64,000 nt of DNA from an uncultured archaeon (GCA_964534625.1 CAZHRF010000012.1:8501-72500), one strand, 5' to 3'; positions 9,754-23,648 are shown, numbered from the stretch's first letter. Numbers and translations: made by a program. The notes: generated by a model from the sequence alone, not told the origin.

Positions 9754-10657
9754 AGTAAATCATTTGAGCAAGGGTTTTAATGGTTTTACTGCCCTACATG
9801 ATATATCTATCGAGATAAATCAAAGTGGACTTTATGGTTTAATTGGTCCTAATGGTGCAGGAAAGACTACCCTTTTCAAATGCATTACGGGGTTGTTGAA
9901 CCCTACTAAAGGTCATGTTTTAATTGATGATCAAGAAGTTCAACCTAAACATTTATCTCATCGTTTAAAAATTGGGTTTCTTCCTGAAGATGCTGGTTTA
10001 TATGATAGACTTACCGCAAGGGATTTCCTTCATGTTATTGCGGCTATGTCAGACATAAACAAAAACAAAAGAGGAAAAAGAGTTAAAGAGGTGGTCGAAT
10101 ATGTAGGTATCACCTACTCACCGAATTCTATAATTAAATTTCTTTCTACTGGTCAACGTCGCTTGCTGCTGATTGCGAGTGTTTTATTACACGATCCTGA
10201 GATAATCATACTTGATGAAAGTTTAAATGGTCTTGATCCTATCAATCGAGACAAAATTAGTTATCTTATGAAGAGGATTGCTTCTGAAAAAATAGTCTTT
10301 TTCTCAAGCCATGTTCTTTCAGACATTTGGCGTCTATGTGAGAGAATATTTGTTTTGAGTAAAGGCCGATTAGTTAAAGCTGATACTCCGGACAATATTG
10401 TTTCGGAATTTAGTGAAAACGCTTTTTATTTTGCTGTTCCAAAAAATGTGGAAAAAATTGAAAAGTTTTTGGCTTCATCACCAGGAATTCTTAGTACTGA
10501 AACAAAGGGAAACAAAGTTATTATTTCTCTTGAAGATCGATCAGCATTCAAGCAACTGCTTCTTAAAACGATTGAACACTATGATGTTGAGGCCTTTGGT
10601 CCTTTTATACCTGATTTAGACGATTTGTTTGTTAGGTTGGTGAGAGTAAATGAGTAA
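9737..10657 (+). CDS. ABC-2 type exporter, ATP-binding subunit
   Basis: Walker A GPNGAGKTT, signature LSTGQ, Walker B IILDE, H-loop SSH. Confidence 0.95.
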   Translation: MVLGIKVNHLSKGFNGFTALHDISIEINQSGLYGLIGPNGAGKTTLFKCITGLLNPTKGHVLIDDQEVQPKHLSHRLKIGFLPEDAGLYDRLTARDFLHVIAAMSDINKNKRGKRVKEVVEYVGITYSPNSIIKFLSTGQRRLLLIASVLLHDPEIIILDESLNGLDPINRDKISYLMKRIASEKIVFFSSHVLSDIWRLCERIFVLSKGRLVKADTPDNIVSEFSENAFYFAVPKNVEKIEKFLASSPGILSTETKGNKVIISLEDRSAFKQLLLKTIEHYDVEAFGPFIPDLDDLFVRLVRVNE

Positions 10658-11423
10658 GTTTATTTCAGTTCCTACGAAAGGTTTAATATTCAAAGAATGG
10701 TTATATGCTAAAACTAAAATCGTTCCGATTATTATTGGTTTTTCACTTTTTTCTATTTTTACCGTACTTATGCTTGAAGCTCTCCCTTACTTGGTAGATT
10801 TGCCACCCGAAATTTTTCCAGAGTTTGATGGAGATGCGATGATGCAAAGTAACATTAGTAATGGTAACTCTATTTTTAGCATCATTGCTGTAATTTTATG
10901 TGCTGATGCTATCGCAGGAGAAAGAGAAAAAAACACCTTAGTGCTTATACAAACAAAACCCATCAAAATATCGACTATAATTATTGTCAAAGCATTAATT
11001 AGATATAGTCTTGTTGCAATAGGAACAATAATTAGTTCTGTTATAGTTTATTTGGTTATCAGTATAATGAAAGACGTTCCTACATTAAACACCTTTCTTC
11101 TCTCCATCTTTTTGCTATTGATCACCTTGTTCTCCTATGTGTGCCTGGGTATGTTAATTTCGACATTTACACGAACCCAATTATCGGCAGGAGGAATATC
11201 CATAGGAATTGTATTCTTTATAACAACTTTAAGCAGTTTTTTCATCCAAGAAAAGGTTTTACCATACAATGCTTTTCAATTAGCTAGCAACATATTTCTT
11301 CAAGATTTTGATATGGTAGTAATAGTGTTAAATTGTTTGTTTCTCTCTGTTTTAGGGTGGATCTTTCTTTTGATTGCAATAATTAAATATTATTCAGAAC
11401 AAGAACCCACAAGAAAGAGATAA
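10650..11423 (+). CDS. ABC-2 type exporter, permease subunit
   Basis: Six TM helices; IAGEREKNTL...TKPI motif; overlaps the ATPase stop. Confidence 0.9.
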   Translation: MSKFISVPTKGLIFKEWLYAKTKIVPIIIGFSLFSIFTVLMLEALPYLVDLPPEIFPEFDGDAMMQSNISNGNSIFSIIAVILCADAIAGEREKNTLVLIQTKPIKISTIIIVKALIRYSLVAIGTIISSVIVYLVISIMKDVPTLNTFLLSIFLLLITLFSYVCLGMLISTFTRTQLSAGGISIGIVFFITTLSSFFIQEKVLPYNAFQLASNIFLQDFDMVVIVLNCLFLSVLGWIFLLIAIIKYYSEQEPTRKR

Positions 11424-11509
11424 ATGTTTTATTCCCCACATTTTTCTAATATCATTAGCTATAGTATAATTTGCGATACACTTAAATCTAATACGCTATA
11501 ATTGCATTA

Positions 11510-12154
11510 ATGGAAACAATGAATGTTGAACTTATTGGTATGATTTCTTCTCTTATAGCGATGTCTATGACTATTATTTTTGCTTTTGCTTTGGTTTTGG
11601 GTTTTTTTTATCCTACTCTCTCCAGTATTATTTCCTTTACTGTTTGTTTCATACTTGCTCTTGCTTTTGTAATTATGATTGTCTGTATCGACTTCATTAC
11701 TCCGGTATATAAACAACTTTGGAGCCGTATTGGCATCGTTTTTGCGTGTATATATGTTGTTTTTATCACATTGACCTACTACACCCAGCTAGCTTTGTTT
11801 TTTAATCCACCCAGTGTTTCATCTGATATACTCAACCTATTAGATTATCAAAAACCAAATTCGTGGATGTTTGTGATTAACATGCTAGGATATGGATTTA
11901 TGACTCTTTCTACTCTTTTTACAGCTTTTGTTTTTGGAAAGAGTAACATAGAAAAATGGCTGAAAAGAATATTCGTATTTCATGGTATTTTTTTCGTTCC
12001 CACAATAGTTTTTCCTTTATTGCCATTAGAAGCATCAGTTGAAGAAAGTGCACTTTTTGGTAGTTTAGCGCTTATTCTCTGGTGTTTGGTATTTGTACCA
12101 TTAGCAGGATTAGTAACGTGGTATTTTAAGGAAAAAACAAGAAAACGAGATTAG
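11510..12154 (+). CDS. Multi-pass membrane protein of unknown function
   Basis: About six TM segments; LGYGFMTLSTLF. Confidence 0.6.
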   Translation: METMNVELIGMISSLIAMSMTIIFAFALVLGFFYPTLSSIISFTVCFILALAFVIMIVCIDFITPVYKQLWSRIGIVFACIYVVFITLTYYTQLALFFNPPSVSSDILNLLDYQKPNSWMFVINMLGYGFMTLSTLFTAFVFGKSNIEKWLKRIFVFHGIFFVPTIVFPLLPLEASVEESALFGSLALILWCLVFVPLAGLVTWYFKEKTRKRD

Positions 12155-12169
12155 ATATTCAAAAACAAC

Positions 12170-13072
12170 TCAAACAGTTTTATTTAACTCTTTTTCACTC
12201 TTATTGTAAAAAGTTTTATCCAATACAAACCACATTGCAAGTACATCATCAATATTATATTGTAGAAGTTTTTCTTCAAGTTCTTTAGACATTCCCCCTC
12301 TCCTTTGAAATTGCATGTATAAACTAGCTGCTAAAAATCCATCAATATCCTTTTCATCATATTTATATCCCAGATAGGCTGAAACATCTTTCAATCCCAG
12401 ACTAGAGATGGGAAAAGCATAACAATTTCTAACCTCAGATAGACAATCAACAATTTGAAATTTTTTTAAAGTTTCACGGATTCCCCCATCCATCTTTTCT
12501 AGCACTCTAAAATCAAAGCTGCTCCAACTCCCTAAAACGGGTTTATCGATATACATGTAGATCTCATTTAACCACTTACTAAATTCATCAATAATATGTT
12601 TTGTTTCTTTTTTAGTAGGAGCATACCACTGCTTTACCGTTCCATCAGATAGAACAGCACAGATAACCCACACAAATGATGCTTGTAAATCCGTTTCAAT
12701 ATCTATCAAAACCAGTTGCTCTCTCGAGGGGAATGATTTCTCAACTGTTAATGGAATGATTCTTTGTTCTATTAATGCTTTTGCTTTAACTATGAGTTTA
12801 TTGGCAGAAACATCGCTAAAACCACCTATAACGGTTAAATCAGCTATTGAAGCGCTTGCAATGTCATATACTGTACTAAACCCAGCGCATTTTAGTAATT
12901 GAGCTTTTTTCGGACCTATTCCATGTATTTTATGTAATCTGCACTCTTTCTTCAAATATTCCAACCAATTAAAGCAGTTAATTGTAATAAACATATATAG
13001 GTATATGAAGCTGTTCTTTGTATCAAATAAATAAAAACGATGAAATATTAAAGTAAAAAGTATCAAAAACAT
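12170..13072 (-). CDS. Helix-hairpin-helix plus RNase H-like DEDD exonuclease (YprB/RNase_H_2-like); true start probably downstream of 13072
   Basis: HhH IHGIGPKKA and IGGFSDVSA; ExoI DIETD, ExoII SSFDF, LGLKDV, ExoIII YNIDDV. Confidence 0.8.
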   Translation of the reverse strand: MFLILFTLIFHRFYLFDTKNSFIYLYMFITINCFNWLEYLKKECRLHKIHGIGPKKAQLLKCAGFSTVYDIASASIADLTVIGGFSDVSANKLIVKAKALIEQRIIPLTVEKSFPSREQLVLIDIETDLQASFVWVICAVLSDGTVKQWYAPTKKETKHIIDEFSKWLNEIYMYIDKPVLGSWSSFDFRVLEKMDGGIRETLKKFQIVDCLSEVRNCYAFPISSLGLKDVSAYLGYKYDEKDIDGFLAASLYMQFQRRGGMSKELEEKLLQYNIDDVLAMWFVLDKTFYNKSEKELNKTV

Positions 13073-13190
13073 TTAGGGAATTTTGCTATTTTCTTCCTGA
13101 TTATATTCTCACCCCGAGATCAAAAAAAGGTAATAACTGATGAATAAACTAGAATATGTTTTTATTTGCATTGGTTTTTATATATTATTA

Positions 13191-14939
13191 ATGAGTAAAG
13201 AAAATTATCCAGTAGCTCTTCAAAAAATAGTTGACGCGGCCCAAAATTTATTTGAACTAGCTAATAAATCAAAAAATCTAACTGTGGAAGATAAAGAATT
13301 TAACGTTCTTCTCAAACAGACCATAACCAATGTTGGAATTTCTACAAATAGCATTATTGAGGACCCCACATTAGATCACTCATTGTGTTATAATGCAATT
13401 AATAAAACCATTTACAAAATTAAACAGACTATCAATTTAATTCCCCAAAAGTCATTAGAATCAAAAATAAATATTCTTTCAATTTTTTCACTTTCTATGT
13501 TTTTAATTAATACTCTTTTTTATTATGCTGATGAAAAAACTCATTTCAATACCATTTGTCTTCTATTATCAGAATTACTCACGACTAGCAGTTTATTTGT
13601 GGAAGATAGAACCTTTCTTGATGAGTTCAAAACTATAAAAAGGAACAAATTTATAGTGTATCAACAATTTTGCGAATCAATTGTCCTGTTAATAGAAAAT
13701 GTTATACTAAAAACGCCGACCATAGCGGAAGAAGATTTCATCTTGTGGTGTAGTATAGCCACAGATGTTATAAATGATTACTGGAAGATTATCAAAGATG
13801 TCAATTATGATATAGCAGCAGAAAAGGATTTGATTACAGGTTATTGCGAGAAAAACGTCCAAAAAAATTACTTATCCATATATATACACGTCTCAGCGTT
13901 ACTTAACATGGTTACACTCATTCAAACTATTGCTGAAGCTTATTATTTCAAAATCTCAAATCAACCAAAACTTATTCACGTTTTTGGAAAGAATGTACAT
14001 CAAAATTTTATACACTTTATAGCAAATATTGAAAATAAGATTCATGAATGGCTTACTGGTATTGAAGAAGATTATACAAAAGGTGTTATTCCAGAAGAAA
14101 ATAAACCAGAAAATGACATAAATTTTGTTACTTCAAAACTTGGCCATAAACTCATTTTATTCATGAAAAAATATATCGAACAGATTTTTGCTTGTTTCTC
14201 ACCAGTAGAATCAGAAAGTCGATCTAGGAATATTCATTGTTTAACAGAGCTTATCCAAGTCGGCGAAGATTTTTTGTTTTTTTCCGAGAAAGTTTTCCAA
14301 TCTAAAGAAAATATTATTAAAACACCTTATGGAGGTATTTATATTGCCATATTACAGAAAATAGCTGCTCTATCTCAATTATTGGCTATAGACATTAACA
14401 ATACTCAACCAATTCAAAACATCTTAGACAAATATGGCACCGTATTTAATATTCTACCAACATCAAAATTCCCTAAATTGTTTATTACAAGAATTATTCT
14501 TGATATAACAGTAAGCATAATAGAAGCAAATGAAAAGCATCTACAGGAAATTGTAAAATTGATTAAGAAAGCCAAATCGGAACTTACATCAATTCATGTT
14601 TTTGAACATTTGACTTTAAGTTCATTAGAATATGTTTTAAGACTAAATGAGGGAGTTTATGATGATTCTGAACTTAATTCAGACATTGTTAGGGACAAAG
14701 AATTATTAAATACATTTGTACCGCATTTAGAAGAAAAATATAATCAACTAATAAATATATTATTCAGACGAACTAATAACAAGATTATCAAGGATTATGA
14801 AATAATCCCTTATGATTATCATACTTGGTTTTTCCCACCATTTCAAAAACTCCAGAGAATAAAAACAAGATACCCAGATATTCACTTTGAATCATTCAAT
14901 TTTTTACCAAAAAGAAATAAAATAGTTGAAGAGCATTAA
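13191..14939 (+). CDS. Hypothetical all-helical protein, paralogue 1 of a tandem family
   Basis: Aligns along its length with 15316..17067 (IIEDxxLDHxLCY, SKLGHK, ELIQVGEDFL, WFFPPF); start placed at MSKENYP by alignment (ORF track gives 13140). Confidence 0.7.
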   Translation: MSKENYPVALQKIVDAAQNLFELANKSKNLTVEDKEFNVLLKQTITNVGISTNSIIEDPTLDHSLCYNAINKTIYKIKQTINLIPQKSLESKINILSIFSLSMFLINTLFYYADEKTHFNTICLLLSELLTTSSLFVEDRTFLDEFKTIKRNKFIVYQQFCESIVLLIENVILKTPTIAEEDFILWCSIATDVINDYWKIIKDVNYDIAAEKDLITGYCEKNVQKNYLSIYIHVSALLNMVTLIQTIAEAYYFKISNQPKLIHVFGKNVHQNFIHFIANIENKIHEWLTGIEEDYTKGVIPEENKPENDINFVTSKLGHKLILFMKKYIEQIFACFSPVESESRSRNIHCLTELIQVGEDFLFFSEKVFQSKENIIKTPYGGIYIAILQKIAALSQLLAIDINNTQPIQNILDKYGTVFNILPTSKFPKLFITRIILDITVSIIEANEKHLQEIVKLIKKAKSELTSIHVFEHLTLSSLEYVLRLNEGVYDDSELNSDIVRDKELLNTFVPHLEEKYNQLINILFRRTNNKIIKDYEIIPYDYHTWFFPPFQKLQRIKTRYPDIHFESFNFLPKRNKIVEEH

Positions 14940-15046
14940 GAGCATGATTAATATAAGCTCTATCATTTTTAATACACAAGCTTCGAGTCAAGTAGAAAAA
15001 ATTTAATTCAGATATCTTTATATCTCTTTTTCTATTCATCAAAAGC

Positions 15047-15244
15047 ATGAAGGGAAAAAAATATCCTAAAGTTTTGCAAAACTTTAAAAATGAAACCGAA
15101 GAATTGTTAGATTTGGACTATAGAACAAAGAAACACAATTTAACTGGAACAAGACTCGACATACTTTTTACAAACAGAATTACAGCTGTAGGGGTAGCTA
15201 TGAACCATATTATCGAGGATGCATCACTTGATCATTCCTTATGA
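15047..15244 (+). pseudogene. Truncated N-terminal copy of the tandem family gene
   Basis: 65 aa clearly homologous to the N-terminus of 15316..17067; TTA TGA CTAT versus TTA TGC TAT suggests a 1-nt insertion created the stop, and homology ends just after. Confidence 0.75.
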
Positions 15245-15315
15245 CTATCTAGTTTTAGTACAAGATACAATAACATGTCAGATAACTTTATTATCCCAAC
15301 TCTTCTTTTTAGTGT

Positions 15316-17067
15316 ATGAAAGATAAAGGGTATCCTAAGGTTTTGCAGCATCTTATATATGAGACAGAGGAATTACTTAATCTAGCAAAGCGGACAAAAA
15401 AGAATAACCTAACTGGTAAAAGGCTGGACATAATTCTCACAAACAGGATAGGATCAGTGGGAACAGCAGTTAATACTATCATCGAAGATTCATCGCTTGA
15501 TCACGCCTTATGCTATGAGGTTATTAATGATGCCACATACAAAATTAAGGATGCCATTAATATTCTACCACTTGATTCATTAGGTTCCATGAATAATGTA
15601 CTTTCAATTTACTCCCTTTCAATGTTTTTAATTAACAATTTGATTTACTTTTCAGATAATGATGTGGAAAAATTAAATACTATTTCTCTTTTGCTTTCAG
15701 AATTACTCATAACTAATAGTGTTGTTTTGGGAGAAAGAGAAATCTTTAATGAGTTTAAAATACCAAATAAAGAGAAATTTACTGCATATCAAAGATTTTG
15801 TCAATCTATATGTACCCTAATACAAAACGCATTCAATTCAGTTCCTGCTATTTCAGAAAAAGATTTACTTCTATGGAGTGAGATAGCAACTTCTTTTTCT
15901 GCAGATTATCTTTCTCTTATCAAAAATCTTAGCTATGAGATGATAGCTGAAAAGAACACCTTTACTAATCAGTATACAAAAAAAGCTGAACTAGTTTATT
16001 TATCACTTTACATAAATATTTCGGCATTATTAAACATTGTAGCAGTTCTCCAGTACATTGTCGAATTGTATTACAATAAACTAAATATCCATCCAAACCT
16101 CACAAAATTTTTTAGTAACAATGTAGATGAACACTTTAACACTATTATAGCAGCTATTGAAAAAAAGATTCGGAAATGGCTTACTAAGACTGAAGAAGAT
16201 TATAAAAAAGGTATTATTCCAATTGTCGATGATCCAGAAAAAAATATGAATTTCGTAATTTCAAAACTGGGGCACAAATTTATTGTTTTTCTTAAGACCT
16301 TTAATCATTGCATCTCTAAATACTTCTCTGAGCAAAAGAGGGGAGATCCTAGAATATTAGAGAGGTATTTAACTGAGATCATCCAAGTTGGGGAAGATTT
16401 TTTAGATTCTGCAGAAAACATTTTCAAATCTAAAGTAAATATCATCAACTCCCCCTATGGGGGAACATATCTCGCAATATTTCAGAGAGTGATATCTATA
16501 CACTACCTATTAACGATTAGTAAAAAAAGTACAGACCCTATCGAACACATTTTGGACAAATATGGCATTATATTCTCATCTGTACCTTTTGGTAGAGAGC
16601 CCAGTCTTTTTGTTACTAAAATCATTCTCCAAATCACAAAATACATTGAAGAAAGAAATATGATCCAATTAGAACAGTGTCTAGAATCGATAGCTGCAGC
16701 CAGAAAAGAACTGGATTTAACTAGTTTTTATGAGGGGTTAACTTTAGGGTTATTAGATTATCTACTACAGATTACTTTACAGAAAATCGATAATTCAACA
16801 TTAAAGAAAGAACTACAGACTCTGAAAGAACAACACATTTCTTCATATCTACCTCACTTAGAACAGAAATATGACACTATAACAAAGGTCTTACTCGCAG
16901 AGGAGAGAGAGGATCTAGTGTTAGAATCCAATTTAATCCCTTATGACCAAAATTCTTGGTTCTTTCCACCCTTTAACGAATTAGATACTATTAAAGAACA
17001 GTATCAAACTATTGATTTTAAAGCGTTTAACTTCTTAGCAAAGTTTAACAAAGTTGTGGAAAAGTAA
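15316..17067 (+). CDS. Hypothetical all-helical protein, paralogue 2 of a tandem family
   Basis: Full-length similarity to 13191..14939; no recognisable catalytic motif. Confidence 0.7.
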   Translation: MKDKGYPKVLQHLIYETEELLNLAKRTKKNNLTGKRLDIILTNRIGSVGTAVNTIIEDSSLDHALCYEVINDATYKIKDAINILPLDSLGSMNNVLSIYSLSMFLINNLIYFSDNDVEKLNTISLLLSELLITNSVVLGEREIFNEFKIPNKEKFTAYQRFCQSICTLIQNAFNSVPAISEKDLLLWSEIATSFSADYLSLIKNLSYEMIAEKNTFTNQYTKKAELVYLSLYINISALLNIVAVLQYIVELYYNKLNIHPNLTKFFSNNVDEHFNTIIAAIEKKIRKWLTKTEEDYKKGIIPIVDDPEKNMNFVISKLGHKFIVFLKTFNHCISKYFSEQKRGDPRILERYLTEIIQVGEDFLDSAENIFKSKVNIINSPYGGTYLAIFQRVISIHYLLTISKKSTDPIEHILDKYGIIFSSVPFGREPSLFVTKIILQITKYIEERNMIQLEQCLESIAAARKELDLTSFYEGLTLGLLDYLLQITLQKIDNSTLKKELQTLKEQHISSYLPHLEQKYDTITKVLLAEEREDLVLESNLIPYDQNSWFFPPFNELDTIKEQYQTIDFKAFNFLAKFNKVVEK

Positions 17068-17178
17068 ATTAAATATAATGATACTACAACTTTACTACTT
17101 TCCAGCAAAGTGGACGAAACTTTAAGGTCTATTGGATTATAGAAGTCTGAGAATACATTGCATATGAGGATACCCCTA

Positions 17179-20298
<3,120 letters not shown>

Positions 20299-20449
20299 TC
20301 AAAACTAATATGAGATTATTATAAACTCTTACGCTCAGAATAGTTTTAAGATTTACTTTATCTGAAATATAGAATTACCTCAATTGATGCGCATGTTCAA
20401 CACAATCTCCAATAAATCAGTTTTAAAGAAAAAATGAGGAAATTATTCA

Positions 20450-21445
20450 TTACATGAATTGAAGAGATCCCTCGTGTATCTCGTTTTTTTCCGATTTTGT
20501 TAAATTGAATGTTAAAGATTCTGCATTCTTTTCCACATGAGAGTGGTTGGACGCACCTGGAATAGCAACTACGATACCATCGTGGTAGCTCGTCAACCAA
20601 TTTAAAGAGACTGCAGCTATACTTACATTATATTTATCTGCAATTTGTTCAAGAGTACTGATAAGTTTTTTACTTCTCTGTATCTTTTTCTTGGTAACAA
20701 CAAATGTTTTCCTTATCCATTTTAAAGCATCAAAGGAAGATGGATCTTTGTGATATTTACCTGTTAGTATACCTTGTTCTAATGGTGAATAGGCAATTAT
20801 TTTTATCCCTAATTCTCTTGCGATCTCCATGACCCCATTTTTTTCTATTCTTCTATCTAACAGAGAGTACTTCATCTGATTGGTAACTAAGGGGAGGTCA
20901 AAGTTTTGTAATGCGTCATAAGCTTTTCGCATTTTTTTTGCTCCAAAATTACTTACACCAACAGAGCGTATTTTACCTCCTTCTACTAATTTTGCCATTG
21001 CTTCTATTTGATTTTTAATTGGCGAAAGGGATAGCGGATTATGAATCTGGTGAATATCTATTGAATATCCATCTAAAGCGGTTAATCTATCATCTATTGT
21101 TTTTAGAATGTTTCTTGCTAATCTAAATACTGGGTTCCACTTATCTGCTATTACGACATCGTTATCAGAAACATTTGTTGCTTTCAATGCTTTTGCTAAA
21201 TTTTCTTCAGACTTACCTCCTCCATATGCTTCTGCTGTGTCAAACCAATTTATTCCTGATTTAATCGCCGTACGAACAATTTCTTGCATAGTATTTATAG
21301 GAAGACTTGGCCAATAAAAACCCGCAAGTCCTCCACTACCACCAGAGAATTGCCATACCCCCAACCCAATGGGAGTGAGAGAAATATTTACATCAGTTAA
21401 TTCTACATGTTTTAACGTATTTGACATGATATCATCACCTAACAT
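20450..21445 (-). CDS. Aldo/keto reductase (likely start at 21427, after GGTGA)
   Basis: FDTAEAYG, GKIRSVGVSNF, AYSPLEQGILTGK, AIPGA. Confidence 0.92.
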   Translation of the reverse strand: MLGDDIMSNTLKHVELTDVNISLTPIGLGVWQFSGGSGGLAGFYWPSLPINTMQEIVRTAIKSGINWFDTAEAYGGGKSEENLAKALKATNVSDNDVVIADKWNPVFRLARNILKTIDDRLTALDGYSIDIHQIHNPLSLSPIKNQIEAMAKLVEGGKIRSVGVSNFGAKKMRKAYDALQNFDLPLVTNQMKYSLLDRRIEKNGVMEIARELGIKIIAYSPLEQGILTGKYHKDPSSFDALKWIRKTFVVTKKKIQRSKKLISTLEQIADKYNVSIAAVSLNWLTSYHDGIVVAIPGASNHSHVEKNAESLTFNLTKSEKNEIHEGSLQFM

Positions 21446-21642
21446 TAAATATAATCTTAATATCAGTTATGTTTAATCAATATAAGACAAGTCAATATTA
21501 ACTTTCAGTTTTTCCAAATTAAAGTAAGTAATGTATTTTAGTCGATGGTATTTTAACTCATTCTTAAAAAGGCTGTTATAAAAAGCAAGTTGCACTTAAA
21601 AAAGATATATAAAAGGGGGTTAAAATCACATTAGATTATTTT

Positions 21643-22539
21643 TCAAGGTTTATTTATTTTGATTTGTTCTAAGGCTTGTTTTATGGTTTTTAATTGAGAT
21701 TCATATAGCTCTTTTTTCAATGTGGCTTTTAATTTGTTTAATGTATGTTTGCTTTCGATAAAATATTGTTCAGCTTTTTTCAAATTTCCTGTATCTTGAA
21801 ATTTCTTAGCTATGACTTGACAATTAGTAAAATGTGTTTTTTTCGCTTCTATGCTTCCAATATGTTTGTCTTTTATTGTCAAACGTTTAAAGTTTTCAAC
21901 GTAATCTAGATTCTCTTCTAAGAGTTTGGTATTCGTCAATAAATCTGTATGGCCAGTAATTATATATTTGGTATCGAAATTGAAATAGCTCTTGAGTGTT
22001 TCAGCATATTCATTTAGTCTCAGAGAATTGATGTAAGGCAAAGGACATTCAATATTATCTCCAACAAATAAAGTTTTATCCAATCGGTCATATACCGAAG
22101 CAGAATCCTCAGTATGCCCAGGAGTAAAATGGATTTCTATCTCCTCTTCCCTAAACACCAATGAATCAGAAAATAATAAAGTGGGGTAAACAAGGTAAAC
22201 ATTACCTTGCTGATGTTGAGCGTATTTTTCTAAAAACGCCTTTCCTTCAGTATTTAATCGGTCTATACTGCGTTTATGAGCGATTATCAACTGTTTTTTA
22301 AAAGACGGATGACAATTGCCCCAAATATGATCATAATCCGCATGTGAATTGAAAATCAGTATATTCTTGTTATTTATTTCATGTCCCAAGTATTCTAATA
22401 GTGCATTGATCGGATCAGGTCCTAGAAAAGTATCACAAAAAAAGATATTCTGAACACCTTTTATCACATAAAGAGTTGTAAAATAAGGATCTTCAAAAGT
22501 TACAAGCAGCCCCCTTGTTCCTACCTCTTTAACTTTCAT
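21643..22539 (-). CDS. Metallo-beta-lactamase fold hydrolase
   Basis: SHADYDH, TPGHT, FVGD, TGH. Confidence 0.85.
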   Translation of the reverse strand: MKVKEVGTRGLLVTFEDPYFTTLYVIKGVQNIFFCDTFLGPDPINALLEYLGHEINNKNILIFNSHADYDHIWGNCHPSFKKQLIIAHKRSIDRLNTEGKAFLEKYAQHQQGNVYLVYPTLLFSDSLVFREEEIEIHFTPGHTEDSASVYDRLDKTLFVGDNIECPLPYINSLRLNEYAETLKSYFNFDTKYIITGHTDLLTNTKLLEENLDYVENFKRLTIKDKHIGSIEAKKTHFTNCQVIAKKFQDTGNLKKAEQYFIESKHTLNKLKATLKKELYESQLKTIKQALEQIKINKP

Positions 22540-22673
22540 TCATATCATTCTAAGCAAGTATATTAAAGACATAAACCTTCCGAATCAAAGGAAAAATTTC
22601 ATCTTGTGTTTGATATGAAACCTATTTAATGAGCAATAAACTCTTATAGAACATAGATAAGACAGATATAAAG

Positions 22674-23648
22674 ATGATTTGGAAAGAATGCAAAAATATA
22701 GATTCGTTTAAAGAATTTTATAAAAAAAGTACTCATATATCTTTTTCAGATTTTACAGCTAAATTCTCCAAAATATCAAATGCCCATATTTTAACATGTT
22801 TTGATAACAATAAGAAGGTGCTATGTACTACTGTTTTTTCACATTTTTCCAAATCAATTTTGGAGCATCATTGGAGTATTTTTGCTGTAATTGATGCCCT
22901 ATCTATAGGGATTATTTTTAAAAGTTTGAAACAATGGTGCAAAAAACACAAAATTCGAGCGATCATTTACTCTCCCTTCAAAGATATTAACTTTATTAAT
23001 ATTAACTTAGATCTTTTAAAAAATCAATTATTAACTTTCAAAAGAATTGCTATGAACTTATCTTTTGAAGATTATATGGAAATAATCTTACAAAAAAATA
23101 TCCAATTATCTCCTTGTTCTATTGATTTTTTGGAATTTAATCAAGAAATCGCTCTTAAAAAATTACCTGGAAAAAAATTTTATGTTAAATCTATTCCTTC
23201 ACTTTCGAAAGAAAAATTTGTTAATCTCCAACACAAAACTTATTCTGCTGTTAAATTCGATGATAATGTAAAGATACTTTCGAATTTATTTTTTGAATAT
23301 AATCAAACAATGATAAACAATTTATTCTCAGACTTTTATGATCCAATAGACCTTACCATCTCTTTTGCTATCGTAAATAGCGCTAAAAAACTTGTTGCTT
23401 ATGTTCTCTGCCTGCAAATAAGACAAGATAAAGGGTTTATTATTGATTTAAATGTTAATCCTGATTATCAAGGCTTTGGTATTGGTTCACTATTATTAAA
23501 AAATGTTATCGTCAAATATTTTGAGGAAAGAAATTGTCGCTCTATTTCATTGGCTGTTACACTTGCGAACAAAAAGGCTATAAATTTATATAAAAATTAT
23601 GGATTCCAAAAAATTGACCAAGGAGAGGAAGGGTTACTATTAATTTGA
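22674..23648 (+). CDS. GNAT family acetyltransferase (C-terminal GNAT domain)
   Basis: LNVNPDYQGFGIGSLLL; NKKAINLYKNYGF. Confidence 0.85.
   Translation: MIWKECKNIDSFKEFYKKSTHISFSDFTAKFSKISNAHILTCFDNNKKVLCTTVFSHFSKSILEHHWSIFAVIDALSIGIIFKSLKQWCKKHKIRAIIYSPFKDINFININLDLLKNQLLTFKRIAMNLSFEDYMEIILQKNIQLSPCSIDFLEFNQEIALKKLPGKKFYVKSIPSLSKEKFVNLQHKTYSAVKFDDNVKILSNLFFEYNQTMINNLFSDFYDPIDLTISFAIVNSAKKLVAYVLCLQIRQDKGFIIDLNVNPDYQGFGIGSLLLKNVIVKYFEERNCRSISLAVTLANKKAINLYKNYGFQKIDQGEEGLLLI

Noticed and set aside
15242-15244. TGA aligned with a conserved Cys codon in the paralogues, suggesting selenocysteine readthrough
   Set aside because: The sequence after the TGA is not homologous in frame and reaches another stop within 25 codons; a 1-nt insertion plus truncation explains it better
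20386-20400. GATGCGCATG...TTCA shared with the end of the TnpB remnant (about 41596-41612)
   Set aside because: Only a 10-bp match with no hairpins nearby; could be chance
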